Source: Opitutales bacterium (lineage in GTDB: Bacteria; Verrucomicrobiota; Verrucomicrobiia; Opitutales; PNEW01). From it: a stretch of 64,000 nt of DNA. The position numbers and the translations under genes are program-made. This document shows positions 31,102-41,696 of this stretch, in pieces. The DNA is taken from contig CBDANS010000007.1 in the NCBI GenBank assembly GCA_965197745.1, forward strand, positions 576,001 through 640,000. Direction: 5' to 3'. Numbering within the stretch: position 1 is the first letter of the stretch; each line of letters begins with the position of its first letter. The notes under the pieces were generated by a model. The model was not told the DNA's origin. It saw only the letters and a list, made by a program, of their open reading frames with translations, and did no database searches.

Positions 31102-32453
31102 GCCTGAAGTATTTTGGAACGGACGGGATACGCGGTGAGTTTGGAGGATCGCTTATATCAACGGATATGTTTCGACGTCTAGGTTGTGCGGTGGGCAAGT
31201 ACCTTGAGGAAACCAGGAACCATCGTGATCATAAAATTGTCGTTGCGCGTGATACTCGTGATTCAGGTAAAGAACTTGAAAAAGCTTTTTGCGAAGGGGT
31301 AGCCACACCTGATATTGAGATTGTGGCTCTAGGTGTTCTTCCTACTCCTGCGGTATCGATGGCAACGCGTGAGCTTCACGCTGACCTGGGGGTGGTTATT
31401 ACTGCATCCCACAATCCCTCAACCGATAATGGTATCAAGCTCTTGTCCTCTGACGGTCGAAAGCTCGACGAAGGCGCGGAAAGCAGAATAGAGCAACTTG
31501 TTGAAGAAATAGATGAGGTGCCGGCAAGCACAGGTATAAATTATTCCTGCGATTTCGATGGAATAGAATTTTATGTTCGTTACGCTCAATCCTTATTAGC
31601 GGAGAATTGCTTGAAAGGATGGAAAATAGTTGTCGATGCCGCGAATGGCGCCGCTTATAGAACCACGCCATCAACCCTTGCCAATCTTGGGGCGGAAGTG
31701 ATAGAGATCGGAGATACACCTGATGGCGTTAATATTAATGAAAGCTGCGGCAGTGAACATCCTGAAAGGTTAGCAAATGAGGTAAAGAAGGTTAATGCGA
31801 GATTAGGGATGGCGCACGATGGCGATGGCGATCGTCTTGTGGTCTGTGATGAAAGCGGTGATTTGGTCGATGGTGATGAGTTGTTGGCTATTCTTGGACT
31901 GCATTACATAGGACAAGAAACATTGTCAGCTAATGCCCTGGTTGCTACAATAATGAGCAACATGGGACTTGATCGGGCAATCGAAAATGCCGGTGGAAAA
32001 GTAATACGTGTGCCAGTCGGTGACCGACAGGTTGTCAATAAAATGATAGAGGGGGGCTACAATTTGGGAGGTGAATCGTCGGGACATGTCATTTTCAGTG
32101 ATCACTCTCTCATAAGTGATGGATTATTAGCGGCAATTAAGATTATTGAAGTGATGCTTCAAAGAGGAGAGCCACTCTCTCAATTGCGAAAATGTATAAC
32201 GCACTTTCCTCAATCCCGGTGTGATCTTTATGTTAAGGAAAAAGTGCCTTTAATGGATAAATCGCAGTTAGTAGCGGAAATGACTCTTTTGGAAAACTCA
32301 CTTTCAGGTTCCGGGCGGATACTCGTTCGTTATTCTGGGACAGAACCGAAAATCCGATTGCTGGTCGAAGGTGAAAACGCGGAGCAGGTAGAGAATTGCC
32401 TGATCGAACTTAAAAAAGCGGTGGCCACTCATCTCAATGTAATCGAAGGGTGA
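31098..32453 (+). CDS. glmM: Phosphoglucosamine mutase
   Basis: YFGTDGIRG, ITASHNP..DNGIK, HDGDGDR, GGESSGH, RYSGTEP.IR; ATGA overlap with trpD. Confidence 0.93.
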   Translation: MSLKYFGTDGIRGEFGGSLISTDMFRRLGCAVGKYLEETRNHRDHKIVVARDTRDSGKELEKAFCEGVATPDIEIVALGVLPTPAVSMATRELHADLGVVITASHNPSTDNGIKLLSSDGRKLDEGAESRIEQLVEEIDEVPASTGINYSCDFDGIEFYVRYAQSLLAENCLKGWKIVVDAANGAAYRTTPSTLANLGAEVIEIGDTPDGVNINESCGSEHPERLANEVKKVNARLGMAHDGDGDRLVVCDESGDLVDGDELLAILGLHYIGQETLSANALVATIMSNMGLDRAIENAGGKVIRVPVGDRQVVNKMIEGGYNLGGESSGHVIFSDHSLISDGLLAAIKIIEVMLQRGEPLSQLRKCITHFPQSRCDLYVKEKVPLMDKSQLVAEMTLLENSLSGSGRILVRYSGTEPKIRLLVEGENAEQVENCLIELKKAVATHLNVIEG

Positions 32454-32485
32454 GGCGTTCAGCTTGAAGGCACTAATAAGCAGTA

Positions 32486-32739
32486 CCTGCCGTAATTCAG
32501 AAGTCGACGAACTCCCTTCGACTTGAACTCAGGCAAAAGCAGGTAACCAGAGGTGAAGCAAAGCGAAACCTCTGGCTATTTTCCGGCGCCCCTCCGGGGC
32601 TTAGGCGTTAAGATAATCTAACTTTCAAGCGGACACGATCAGCTGTCGTCCCGTCCCGCAGTCGCGGGAGGACTATGGCTGACAGGCATCGTGCGTCCCT
32701 CCGGAATTAAAAATGGAGGGCCACGCTCCGTCGTGGCCG
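32486..32739. repeat. Cluster of different short palindromic repeats downstream of glmM
   Basis: CCCTTCGACTTGAACTCAGG; CCAGAGGT..ACCTCTGGCTA..GCCCCTCCGGGGCT; a REP copy interrupted by a GTCGTCC..GGACTATGGC element; an intact REP at 32715-32739. Confidence 0.6.
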
Positions 32740-32903
32740 TGAAATTATATTTTACGCAGTCTAACAATCTACGTCCAGCGAGGGGAATATTGCTTACAAG
32801 AAGCACCGAATTACTGCGAGTTCATATAAGCAAAATGTGGCAATATCATAGGGCATGCACTTCCAGCTCTTAATTTAGGGAAATAAGCATCCGATACTAA
32901 TAT

Positions 32904-34319
32904 ATGCCGGAAGTTTGTCTCAACGCGCTTGATTCTCGCTATCGCAACCATATCGATAAAGCTGAAAAAGCCTTGGATAAGGGAAATCCAGGCTATGCTA
33001 TTGATGTTTATTCTGCGCTGTTAAAAAAACATCCCGAATGTCTTGAGGTTCGAAAAGTATTGCGAAGAGCCCAACATAAAAATCCAGCAAATAATCAACG
33101 GATAAGCACAAAGATCAAATCTAAGCTGATTTCGGTTATTTATAGATTCAGGGGGTGGTTTTTGCTCAATTACCCGAAAAAAAAGATAATTTTAGCTGAG
33201 CGAATACTCAGTTCTAACCCTAATGATACTTTTGCCCACCAATACCTTGCGCGGTCCGCGCTGGCATTGGGGCTAAATGAAACGGCAATATTTGCTTATG
33301 AATCAGTAAGGAGTTTGAAACCGGAGAATAAACGCATTCTTTTGAATTTAGCGAAAACATACTTTTTGGCAAAACGTAACCGTGAAGCTATTCAAATATG
33401 TGATTCCATCCTCAGTAAGAATCCCTCGGGTAGTGAAGCTCAATTGCTCATAAAACAGGCATCAGTAGCGCTTTCCATAGAGCAAGGACAGTGGGAAGAA
33501 GATTCGAATTTCCACTCCAAACTTCACAATAAGACAGAATCTCAGAATCTCGAACTGACCGGTCATTTAATCAAAGATGAGAGTGAGTTAAAAAAACTAA
33601 TTGCGATCACCAGGGTTAAAATAGAAAGAGAACCGGATAATATTAATAATTATCGGACCATCAGTCAGTATTATCAACAGCTGGGTGAATACGATGAGGC
33701 TATTCACTGGATTCGTCAGGTTCGTAAAACAAATCATGGTGCTTCCGATGCGGCTCTCGAACACCTTGAAATCGATCTCGAAGTTGGCAAAGAGGAACAT
33801 TTCATCAGCAGTATCAAACAACGTCTATCTGAATATCCTTCGGATAATTCATTGAAGCAGCAATTAAAGGAAGCGCAGGAAACATCTACTGAACTAAACT
33901 TTAGGAGAATAGAATTACTCGTAGAAAAGTACCCCAATGATAATCGCTATCATTTCGAATATGGCGAACTGCTCTACGGTGAATGTCGGTTGAGAGCGGC
34001 AGCAGAACAATTTCAATTGACGCAGCGAGATCCAAAATTCCGACTGCTTTCTTATGCTTATCTAGGCAGGATTTTTAAGAGAGAAAAGAAATACGATCTT
34101 GCCGTGAATCAACTTTACACCGTTAAAAATAATACACCTGTAATGGATGAATTTAAAAAAGATGTCGTTTACGAGTTGGCAGATTGTTATGCCAAACTGG
34201 GTGAGAAGGAAAAAGCGATAGCAGAATATAAACAGATTTATGCCTGCGATATCGCGTTCCGAGATGTTACCGTGATTGTTAACAATCACTATCAGAAGTC
34301 CGCACCGCCTTCGGCATGA
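32904..34319 (+). CDS. TPR repeat protein
   Basis: Helical TPR-like repeats; C-terminal K..YELADCY..LG..EKAI.EYKQIY..DI.FRDV. Confidence 0.75.
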   Translation: MPEVCLNALDSRYRNHIDKAEKALDKGNPGYAIDVYSALLKKHPECLEVRKVLRRAQHKNPANNQRISTKIKSKLISVIYRFRGWFLLNYPKKKIILAERILSSNPNDTFAHQYLARSALALGLNETAIFAYESVRSLKPENKRILLNLAKTYFLAKRNREAIQICDSILSKNPSGSEAQLLIKQASVALSIEQGQWEEDSNFHSKLHNKTESQNLELTGHLIKDESELKKLIAITRVKIEREPDNINNYRTISQYYQQLGEYDEAIHWIRQVRKTNHGASDAALEHLEIDLEVGKEEHFISSIKQRLSEYPSDNSLKQQLKEAQETSTELNFRRIELLVEKYPNDNRYHFEYGELLYGECRLRAAAEQFQLTQRDPKFRLLSYAYLGRIFKREKKYDLAVNQLYTVKNNTPVMDEFKKDVVYELADCYAKLGEKEKAIAEYKQIYACDIAFRDVTVIVNNHYQKSAPPSA

Positions 34320-34342
34320 AAATGGGAGCGCCTCTTTAAAAA

Positions 34343-36037
34343 CTATATGCGAAAAATAGCCCCCAGCTTTTTACCCAACAACATGCTGGCTCCAATAATA
34401 GTCGCACTCAGGAAAATCATGGCCCAAACACCAAGTGCACTCGCGATGTAACGGCCATCGCCAAGAAAGTGCATCAGCTCGTAAATAGCCTTAGTGATAG
34501 GGAAGTATTCGGCTTTTTGCGCTAGAATTAACGAATCGGAAACTTCCAGCATAGCCTGAGAAAAGGCGAGAAGGCCGCCAGCCAGCAAGTTTGCTATAAT
34601 GAGCGGTATGGTAACCAGGAGTGCTGCTTTTAATGGTGGGCAACCGAGGTTTTGCGCGGCCTCTTCATAGGTTTCACTCGTCTGTTGCAATCCGGCTACT
34701 GCAGAGCGGACGACAAATGGCAGACGACGAACAGCGTAGGCGATGATAAGAAGCGCAGTCGGGTTTTCCACCGGATTGATGAAACTAAAAAACTTTCCTT
34801 CACGACTCATCGCCATGTAGCCAAACGCCATAACCAGGCCAGGAACAGCCAGGGGCAGCATGGCCATGGCATCGAGTCCGTTTCTCCCGGGGAGCCGTGT
34901 CCTCACCACGATGTAAGCAATGCTGACCCCCAGCACCATATTCAGAGCCGTAGCCGCACTTGCGTAAATAAGACTATTTCTGATTGAAGGCACGGTGAGA
35001 CTATGGCCAAGAGCAAGTTCATAGTTGTGCCATGTCAATTTCTGGGGTAAAATGGATTGATACCAGTCAGTCGAAAATGAAAGCATGATAACTCCAAAGT
35101 GGGGAAGGAGAGAGACAAATATAATAATACTGAAAAAGCTTATACATAGGATGGAACCGGTTAGACCTGGCTTTTTAGGGTCAGATTGGGCGCTGGCCTT
35201 TGCCATCATTGAATAGGTATCTCGCCCGAACAACCCTTTGCCTAAAACATAGAAAAGCATCGAAAAAATAAGCATGACGGTGACTAAGGCATATGGAAAC
35301 GGGTTGCCCCCTATATCCCTGATTCCATAAAAAATCTGCACCGAAGTAAGCCTGCTGTAATCAAAGATGAGCGGCACCCCCAGCTCTGTGAACGACCATA
35401 TAAAAACAATTGTGCATCCCGCGAACAACCCGGGTCGCATTAAGGGCAAGGTAATGCGATAAAATTTTTTAAATCCGCGGCAGCCTAAATTTTCGGCTGC
35501 TTCTTCCATCGCGGGGTCGATATTGGCAAGGGAAGCTAGAGCGTTTAAGTAAAGGATGGGAAAAAGACTCAGCGCACTCACAATCACGACGCCCCAGAAC
35601 TGTCCTTTTCCCAGCCAGTCGATAGTCTGTCCTTCGGGCAATAAACCGATAAGATTCAGTAGGGCATTAAGGGCACCATATTGACCGAGAATTTGCCTGA
35701 CTCCGATGGCTCCGACAAAGGGTGGGAGCATAATGGGTAAGAGAATCAACCCCATCATTATAGAACGCCCGGGAAAGACATAACGATCGGCGATCAATGC
35801 CAGGGGTAGGGAAATAAGTAAGGCGAGAAGGGTCGAAAAAACAGCGAGACCAAATGAATTGTAAAGGCCTTCCAGGTATAATGAATTCGCGAATACCTCA
35901 AAAAAATAGACGAGGGTAAAGTGACCATCAGCGTCTATAAATGCCCCGTGCAGGATTTGGCCGATAGGCCAGATAAAAAAAGTGGCAAAGAATATGAAGC
36001 ATAATAAGTAAATACTTATAGCAACAGCCTTGGTCAT
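34343..36037 (-). CDS. Iron(III)-type ABC transporter permease (FbpB-like, duplicated TM domain)
   Basis: Two EAA motifs (MEEAAENLG; YEEAAQNLG), LPPFVGA, LPLAVPG. Confidence 0.9.
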   Translation of the reverse strand: MTKAVAISIYLLCFIFFATFFIWPIGQILHGAFIDADGHFTLVYFFEVFANSLYLEGLYNSFGLAVFSTLLALLISLPLALIADRYVFPGRSIMMGLILLPIMLPPFVGAIGVRQILGQYGALNALLNLIGLLPEGQTIDWLGKGQFWGVVIVSALSLFPILYLNALASLANIDPAMEEAAENLGCRGFKKFYRITLPLMRPGLFAGCTIVFIWSFTELGVPLIFDYSRLTSVQIFYGIRDIGGNPFPYALVTVMLIFSMLFYVLGKGLFGRDTYSMMAKASAQSDPKKPGLTGSILCISFFSIIIFVSLLPHFGVIMLSFSTDWYQSILPQKLTWHNYELALGHSLTVPSIRNSLIYASAATALNMVLGVSIAYIVVRTRLPGRNGLDAMAMLPLAVPGLVMAFGYMAMSREGKFFSFINPVENPTALLIIAYAVRRLPFVVRSAVAGLQQTSETYEEAAQNLGCPPLKAALLVTIPLIIANLLAGGLLAFSQAMLEVSDSLILAQKAEYFPITKAIYELMHFLGDGRYIASALGVWAMIFLSATIIGASMLLGKKLGAIFRI

Positions 36038-36239
36038 AACAATTTAGTCTGCTTTTTAATAAAAAAATTCGAGATTGATGTCACGAAAATCAGATCATTC
36101 AAGAAAGTGTAATATTATTGGGAACAATAACTAACCTTTGACAATCTAAATTAGATAAAGGGTTAATCGTTAATGACTCACAGCGATAGTTAAAATGACG
36201 AAATTCAGCGAGGATATAAAGTTACTTTTTATATGATAC

Positions 36240-36473
36240 ATGAAACGATTGAATGAGACATTAACCCTGGACATCATCTGTGATGTGACAGGGAGGCGTT
36301 ATAAACAAGTGGATTTACCTTCGGAATTAGTAAATCAATTATCCCTGTCCGAGAAAGAGCAGGGCGTAACGACCACGGAACTTGCGAAAGTAATTATCCG
36401 GTATTTGGCAAAGAAGTCTAAAAAAGCAAATGCGTCGCATAGTGCGCAGTCGCTGCAGAATCAAATTAATTAA
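36240..36473 (+). CDS. Small hypothetical protein, possibly ribbon-helix-helix-like
   Basis: VDLPSELVNQL...EKEQGVTTTELAKVIIRYL resembles the RHH pattern. Confidence 0.4.
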   Translation: MKRLNETLTLDIICDVTGRRYKQVDLPSELVNQLSLSEKEQGVTTTELAKVIIRYLAKKSKKANASHSAQSLQNQIN

Positions 36474-36538
36474 GTAATACCGTAGTGTTCGCATTTTGGC
36501 TGAGCGTTTGCTCAAGCTCCATGTCATCAATCTCAATG

Positions 36539-36823
36539 CTACTCTATTCTATCAAAAGGTTCGTAAATATTATCAGAATCTCTGTTTCGTTCACGTTCTT
36601 CAGACAACCGCTCATTGGTTTCTTTTACTTTTTTCAGAAACCCCTTAGCACCCTTTGTCTCGCCGCTGATAACGGAACCTAAAGCGGTCTCCTTATCCAC
36701 TGCATTAATGGGCGCTTTTACACCGTAGGCAACCGTGTCCACGGGAGCACTCACGACCTTGCAACCGTTAAATGCAAGAGGAGAAATAAACACCAACAGG
36801 ATTTTTCTGAATAGACCTCTCAT
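36539..36823 (-). CDS. Small putative lipoprotein
   Basis: Basic N-terminus, hydrophobic stretch, lipobox-like FNGC. Confidence 0.5.
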   Translation of the reverse strand: MRGLFRKILLVFISPLAFNGCKVVSAPVDTVAYGVKAPINAVDKETALGSVISGETKGAKGFLKKVKETNERLSEERERNRDSDNIYEPFDRIE

Positions 36824-37006
36824 AGTTATAAGGTGTACTCCAATTAGGGTAATTTCAAACGGCTATTATAGATTTTAGCAGTTAGGAAAATAATTCGATA
36901 AGCCGAAAACATTGCTTTCTGTAGTTAATACAATGGTGATTCCAAATGCTTTAGCTCGTATTCAATTGAATTCTGTGCATCTAATTGACTCTATTTTAAT
37001 GAATCG

Positions 37007-37780
37007 ATGATAGCCAATTTTATTGCTTCGCTTGGTGAATATGGAATCCTGAGAATCAGACGCATAGGTAGATCGGGCATATTTCTTTACCATAGCCTCA
37101 TCAGCCTTTTTACCACGCCTTTGAAATGGGAACGGGTGCTGAAGCAGATTGAATTTATCGGGTGGCAATCGACGGGGCTCATTTGCCTTACCGGAGCATT
37201 TACCGGAATGGTCCTCGGACTCCAGGGGTATAATACCTTGTCAAGAGTCGGTTCGGAGACATTGCTGGGACCACTGGTGGCACTTTCTCTCATTCGGGAG
37301 TTAGGCCCTGTCCTCGCTGCACTGCTTATGACGGGTCGAGCCGGATCTGCTATTACCGCGGAAATCGCAATCATGCGAAATAATGAGCAAATCGATGCGA
37401 TTGAACTTATGGGATTGAATCCATTGCGCTACTTGGTTGTTCCCAATATTGTTGGCAGTGTCATCGCTCTAACTGTCCTTACCTGGATTTTCGATTTTGT
37501 GGGTATAATTGGCGGTTACCTCGTGGGCGTAAAAATGTTGGGGTTACCTTCCGGTTCATACTTTGGAGAAATCAGCCGTTACCTGGAAATGGATGATATT
37601 ATGGGGGGTGCTTATAAATCGCTCAGCTTCGGGCTGCTCATTGCCTGGGTATGTTGTTATAAAGGTTTTAATACCGGATTCGGGGCAGAAGGGGCAAGCA
37701 AGGCCACTACCCAGGCCGTCGTCAACTCATCTGTCCTCATCCTCGTGTGGGACTTTTTTGTCACTTCCCTCGTATTTTAA
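37007..37780 (+). CDS. mlaE: MlaE-type ABC permease
   Basis: FTGMVLGLQ, IRELGPVLAALL.TGRAGSAITAEI..M...EQIDA. Confidence 0.92.
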   Translation: MIANFIASLGEYGILRIRRIGRSGIFLYHSLISLFTTPLKWERVLKQIEFIGWQSTGLICLTGAFTGMVLGLQGYNTLSRVGSETLLGPLVALSLIRELGPVLAALLMTGRAGSAITAEIAIMRNNEQIDAIELMGLNPLRYLVVPNIVGSVIALTVLTWIFDFVGIIGGYLVGVKMLGLPSGSYFGEISRYLEMDDIMGGAYKSLSFGLLIAWVCCYKGFNTGFGAEGASKATTQAVVNSSVLILVWDFFVTSLVF

Positions 37781-37784
37781 TGCT

Positions 37785-38531
37785 ATGATTGAGATTGATA
37801 ATCTACACAAGCAGCTTGCTGGAAAAGATGTTTTGCGCGGTGTTTCCCTGCGTGTTGAAAAAGGTGAATTTTTCGCGCTTATCGGCCAAAGTGGCTGTGG
37901 AAAGAGTGTGCTTCTTAAACACGTCGCCGGGTTAATGCAGCCGGACCGCGGGCGCATTTTTATTGATGGAGAAAATCTATCGACAGCCCGCGGTAAAGAC
38001 CTGGAGCGCATCCGCGGGCGCTATGGCTTTGTCTTTCAAAATGGTGCTCTTTTTGACTCCATGAATGTCTACGATAACCTGGCATTTCCGCTTAGAGAAA
38101 GAACGCGATTGAGCGAAAAAGAGATTCGGGATAAAGTGACAAAGGGCTTGGATCAGGTAGGTCTAAAAGATGTGGATTCGATATTTCCGGCACAGTTAAG
38201 TGGAGGAATGACTAAAAGGACAGCCCTTGCCAGGGCCCTGATCATGGAACCGGAGATCATTTTTTTCGATGAACCGACGACCGGTCTGGATCCTATCATC
38301 GCTAAAGCGATACTCAATATGTTTGAAACCTGTCATCAACAATTGAATCTGACTGGAATCATAGTATCCCATCAGGTTCCAGACATATTTCAAATCGTGC
38401 AAAAGATAGGCATGCTTCATGAAGGGAAAATAATCACAGCTGAAATCAAGGGAGGAAAAGTTGAAACGGATAACCCCATTATTCAGCAATTCGTGGAAGG
38501 AAGCATTGATGGTCCCGTTCAGTATAAATGA
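37785..38531 (+). CDS. mlaF: MlaF-type ABC ATPase
   Basis: GQSGCGKS, FQNGALFDS, LSGGM.KR.ALARAL, DEPTTGLDP. Confidence 0.92.
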   Translation: MIEIDNLHKQLAGKDVLRGVSLRVEKGEFFALIGQSGCGKSVLLKHVAGLMQPDRGRIFIDGENLSTARGKDLERIRGRYGFVFQNGALFDSMNVYDNLAFPLRERTRLSEKEIRDKVTKGLDQVGLKDVDSIFPAQLSGGMTKRTALARALIMEPEIIFFDEPTTGLDPIIAKAILNMFETCHQQLNLTGIIVSHQVPDIFQIVQKIGMLHEGKIITAEIKGGKVETDNPIIQQFVEGSIDGPVQYK

Positions 38532-38584
38532 AGTTTATCTTTTTGTTGTCCTTTTATTATGGCTGAATAAATATATTACACACC

Positions 38585-39031
38585 ATGAAAACGAAGCCCC
38601 TCTACCTTGAATTTACGGTGGGAGTATTTCTCCTCCTCGGTGTTCTTTGCCTTGCCTATCTCAGTGTTAAGCTCGCTAAAAAAGAGATATTTAATCCGGA
38701 TGGCTATACCGTCCACGCTCTATTTACCAACATCAGTGGACTCAGCACAGGGGCCCCAGTCGAGATCGCCGGGGTTGAAATCGGCCATGTTAAAAAGATT
38801 ACATTGGATGATTATGAGGCTTACGTTCTCATGGTTATTAAAGATAACATCCAACTGCAGACCGATGTTATCGCTTCCATAAAGACAAAGGGATTATTTG
38901 GTGAGAAATATGTGGAAATTATGCCGGGAGGGAACGAGGAGTTTATCAAACTAAACGGAAAAATACGATATACGGAACCAGCCATGGATATTGAAGGTCT
39001 CATTTCAAAATTCGTTCATGGTCAAATCTAA
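38585..39031 (+). CDS. mlaD: MlaD/MCE domain protein
   Basis: N-terminal TM; F.NISGL..GAPVEIAGVEIG.V, IKTKGLFGEKYV. Confidence 0.92.
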   Translation: MKTKPLYLEFTVGVFLLLGVLCLAYLSVKLAKKEIFNPDGYTVHALFTNISGLSTGAPVEIAGVEIGHVKKITLDDYEAYVLMVIKDNIQLQTDVIASIKTKGLFGEKYVEIMPGGNEEFIKLNGKIRYTEPAMDIEGLISKFVHGQI

Positions 39032-39176
39032 CGAGACAATTTTGGATTTGGTAATTCACGCAAGGCGCAATGCCTTTATCAGCCACTCGGCGTTATTGAT
39101 AATCCCTGTCATATTTACCTTTTTTTATGACGTTTATCAGCAATAGAGCCTATATTACTATGACCTCATTGATTTA

Positions 39177-39818
39177 ATGATAATGAATAAGGCCGCTCTA
39201 AAATATTTTATCGCAATAGCTACAAGTTTTCTCCTTTTATTCACTTTTCTTCAAGCGGGATTGCCAACCGATCAGGTTAAGGAGACCACAGACAAGCTGA
39301 TTGCCATTCTCAGGGATCCTTATTTCAGCGACTTAAGCAATTCCGTCGAAAAGAGAAATCGTATAATCGAAGTAGCTGATGAGCGTATAGATTGGTATGC
39401 CCTGTGCCGGAGTTGTCTGGGACGGCATTGGTCGAAAAGAACACAGGAGGAAAAAAAAGAGTACATCGATCATCTCTCCCGATTTCTGCAGAATAATTAC
39501 TCCACACTTATTATAGAAAATTTTTCTAATTTAAAAGAGATTGAATATCTCGACGAAAAAATTGATGAAAATTACGCAGTCGTTCGCATAAATGCCATCG
39601 ACACCGATAATATTGCCTATCCCATCGGTTATCTCTTGAAAGAAAAAAAGGACGGATCCCAATGGGAAGTATTTGATATTATTATCGAAGGGGTGAGTAT
39701 GGTTAAAAATTACCGCACTCAATTCTCAGAGATTTTACGAAAATCAAATTTTGAGGATTTAATCCAAAGATTAAAAAAGAGAATCGAGGAGCTGGATAAA
39801 GAGCAAAGCGTCCTTTAA
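39177..39818 (+). CDS. mlaC: MlaC/Ttg2D substrate-binding protein
   Basis: LGRHW, W.VFDIIIEGVSMVKNYRTQF; follows mlaEFD. Confidence 0.88.
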   Translation: MIMNKAALKYFIAIATSFLLLFTFLQAGLPTDQVKETTDKLIAILRDPYFSDLSNSVEKRNRIIEVADERIDWYALCRSCLGRHWSKRTQEEKKEYIDHLSRFLQNNYSTLIIENFSNLKEIEYLDEKIDENYAVVRINAIDTDNIAYPIGYLLKEKKDGSQWEVFDIIIEGVSMVKNYRTQFSEILRKSNFEDLIQRLKKRIEELDKEQSVL

Positions 39819-39976
39819 GACTTCCTTCGCCAGGAATCACTTCATATCTCAGTGAAGTTCGCTTACGATAGGTTACAGTAAATTGTCTAAGCCTTTGATT
39901 GATATACAAATATATCAGTGATATAGGATAACTCTTTTCTCAGCTAGGGGTAAAGGCTAAGTCGTATTTCTCAAGG

Positions 39977-40441
39977 TTAATATTCCAAAATCATGGTATA
40001 GCGATTTATTGCGGTACGCTGAAAGTTGCCTGTGCTCACATCACCATCATCGAAAGCTTCATCAAGATACGCCATCTGTTGAACACCATAATTCGTATTA
40101 ATTATACTAATACCCGCCGTGATTCCAAAAGCGCCAAAGTCCCAGTCCCAGTTACCTCCGGATGGTGTTATTTCAGTCCATACTGTATTGCTTAGGTATG
40201 CATCCATACCATTGGGGATAACTGCGAATGGAGAATCGGGCGGATAGCCACCCTCTGCCTGGGCATATTGTTCAAAGGCGCCCGCGAAAACACGCCAGTT
40301 GTTTATAAGATATGTATTATGGGCTCTATCACGTGCACGTCGAATATAAGGAATAGCGAAAGTAGTGAGTATTCCAATAATGACGACGACGATCATCATT
40401 TCGACGAGGTTAAACCCCAGCGAGTTTCTGTAATGCTTCAT
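39977..40441 (-). CDS. Prepilin-type N-terminal cleavage/methylation domain protein
   Basis: G|FNLVEMMIVVVIIGIL...AIP. Confidence 0.85.
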   Translation of the reverse strand: MKHYRNSLGFNLVEMMIVVVIIGILTTFAIPYIRRARDRAHNTYLINNWRVFAGAFEQYAQAEGGYPPDSPFAVIPNGMDAYLSNTVWTEITPSGGNWDWDFGAFGITAGISIINTNYGVQQMAYLDEAFDDGDVSTGNFQRTAINRYTMILEY

Positions 40442-40495
40442 ATGATTAAAATCTTTAAGAAAGCCTGTGCTTCATGATTGTATTATTATTAGAAT

Positions 40496-41137
40496 TCACG
40501 AGGTGCCCGCGAGAATTATTTCATTTGTTAATTTCCATCCCCTTCTGGTCAGGATAATAGTTTCAACCCCATATAGAATACACGTAAATAATGCTAAGTA
40601 CGCTCCTGTCTCCAGGTTATCTCTAAAACTGACAAGGCAAAAGACAGCATTGGGAATATAGGCTAAATGGATGGATGCTGAAGCGTTTATTTCATGCGGC
40701 ACATGCTTTCGCTGATTGATGAATACCAAAAATATACTGATTAGTATCAGTATCAAAGTAATATATAATAAAAAGTTTTCTACGCGGTCTAACCGATATA
40801 AAGTTGCGACAAGGATAGAAACTAATGCTAATATTGACAAGAGGTAGCCAATGGCGATTTCTGCTTTGGTCAATTGATTTTTATTTAATACCCTTATACT
40901 CCAGAGTAAAATAAGGCATGGCAGGAACAACGGATATGAAATAAGTAATATTTCTCTACCGACAGTATGGTTATCATTTTCGAAAACAATATTTAGAGGG
41001 CTGTGAAAGAATTTATCCAGTAGTCCCAGGATGGCATTCATGGTTGAAATGCCATCCGTAAGAGGCATGAAAAGTGAAATGATACCGGGTATGGTCAGTA
41101 TAGGGTATAAGAATTTAAATTGAATAAAATTCCTCAT
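40496..41137 (-). CDS. Hypothetical membrane protein
   Basis: 213-aa AT-rich ORF with several hydrophobic segments. Confidence 0.5.
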   Translation of the reverse strand: MRNFIQFKFLYPILTIPGIISLFMPLTDGISTMNAILGLLDKFFHSPLNIVFENDNHTVGREILLISYPLFLPCLILLWSIRVLNKNQLTKAEIAIGYLLSILALVSILVATLYRLDRVENFLLYITLILILISIFLVFINQRKHVPHEINASASIHLAYIPNAVFCLVSFRDNLETGAYLALFTCILYGVETIILTRRGWKLTNEIILAGTS

Positions 41138-41295
41138 GTATTTAACGGGAATTAGATAGATAATTTATTTTTCATCCATTTTTTTCAGAAAGATTCGCAT
41201 ACATCGGAAACCCACCAGTGAAGTTATAAGTAATTGAATTTCAATCAAAGGAGAGGTGGCAACGTTTCTCAGTTCTACAGCTTTGCGATATCATT

Positions 41296-41667
41296 TTAAG
41301 GCTTCGCCAGAATCCCGAGATTGAATTGGGCTTGGATGTGTCCCTGTTCGGCAGCTTTACTATACCATTTAACAGCTCTTCTTGAAATTTTATCTACATC
41401 TATACATTTTTCATATTTTACCCCAAGATAATATTGGGCGTCGGCGTATTTCTCACCAGCCATTTTACGAATCCATTTAAATGCTTCGGAGTGTTTCTGA
41501 ATATCTGCCTTGCGAAACCAATTGAAAGCCTGTGCATAATCTTGTTCTACACCTTCGCCTATGTAATGCATCATCCCAAGACTGAATTGGGCACCAGCAT
41601 ATCCTTTTTCAGCTGCTTTCTGAAACCACTTGAGTGCCTCGGCAAAATCCTGTTCTACGTACAAGCC
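41296..41667 (-). pseudogene. Sel1-like repeat protein fragment, 5' end truncated by IS3
   Basis: VEQDFAEALKWFQKAAEKGYAGAQFSLGMM; the frame abuts the IS end at 41668. Confidence 0.8.
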
Positions 41668-41696
41668 TGATTGGACCCCGTTTTTCGTACCAATTA

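Noticed and set aside
37563..37784. Long N-terminal extensions predicted for mlaF (and for cysK, dtd, trpD, glmM, RraA)
   Set aside because: Family homology starts at downstream ATGs. The extensions arise from upstream alternative start codons, in some cases overlapping neighbouring genes.
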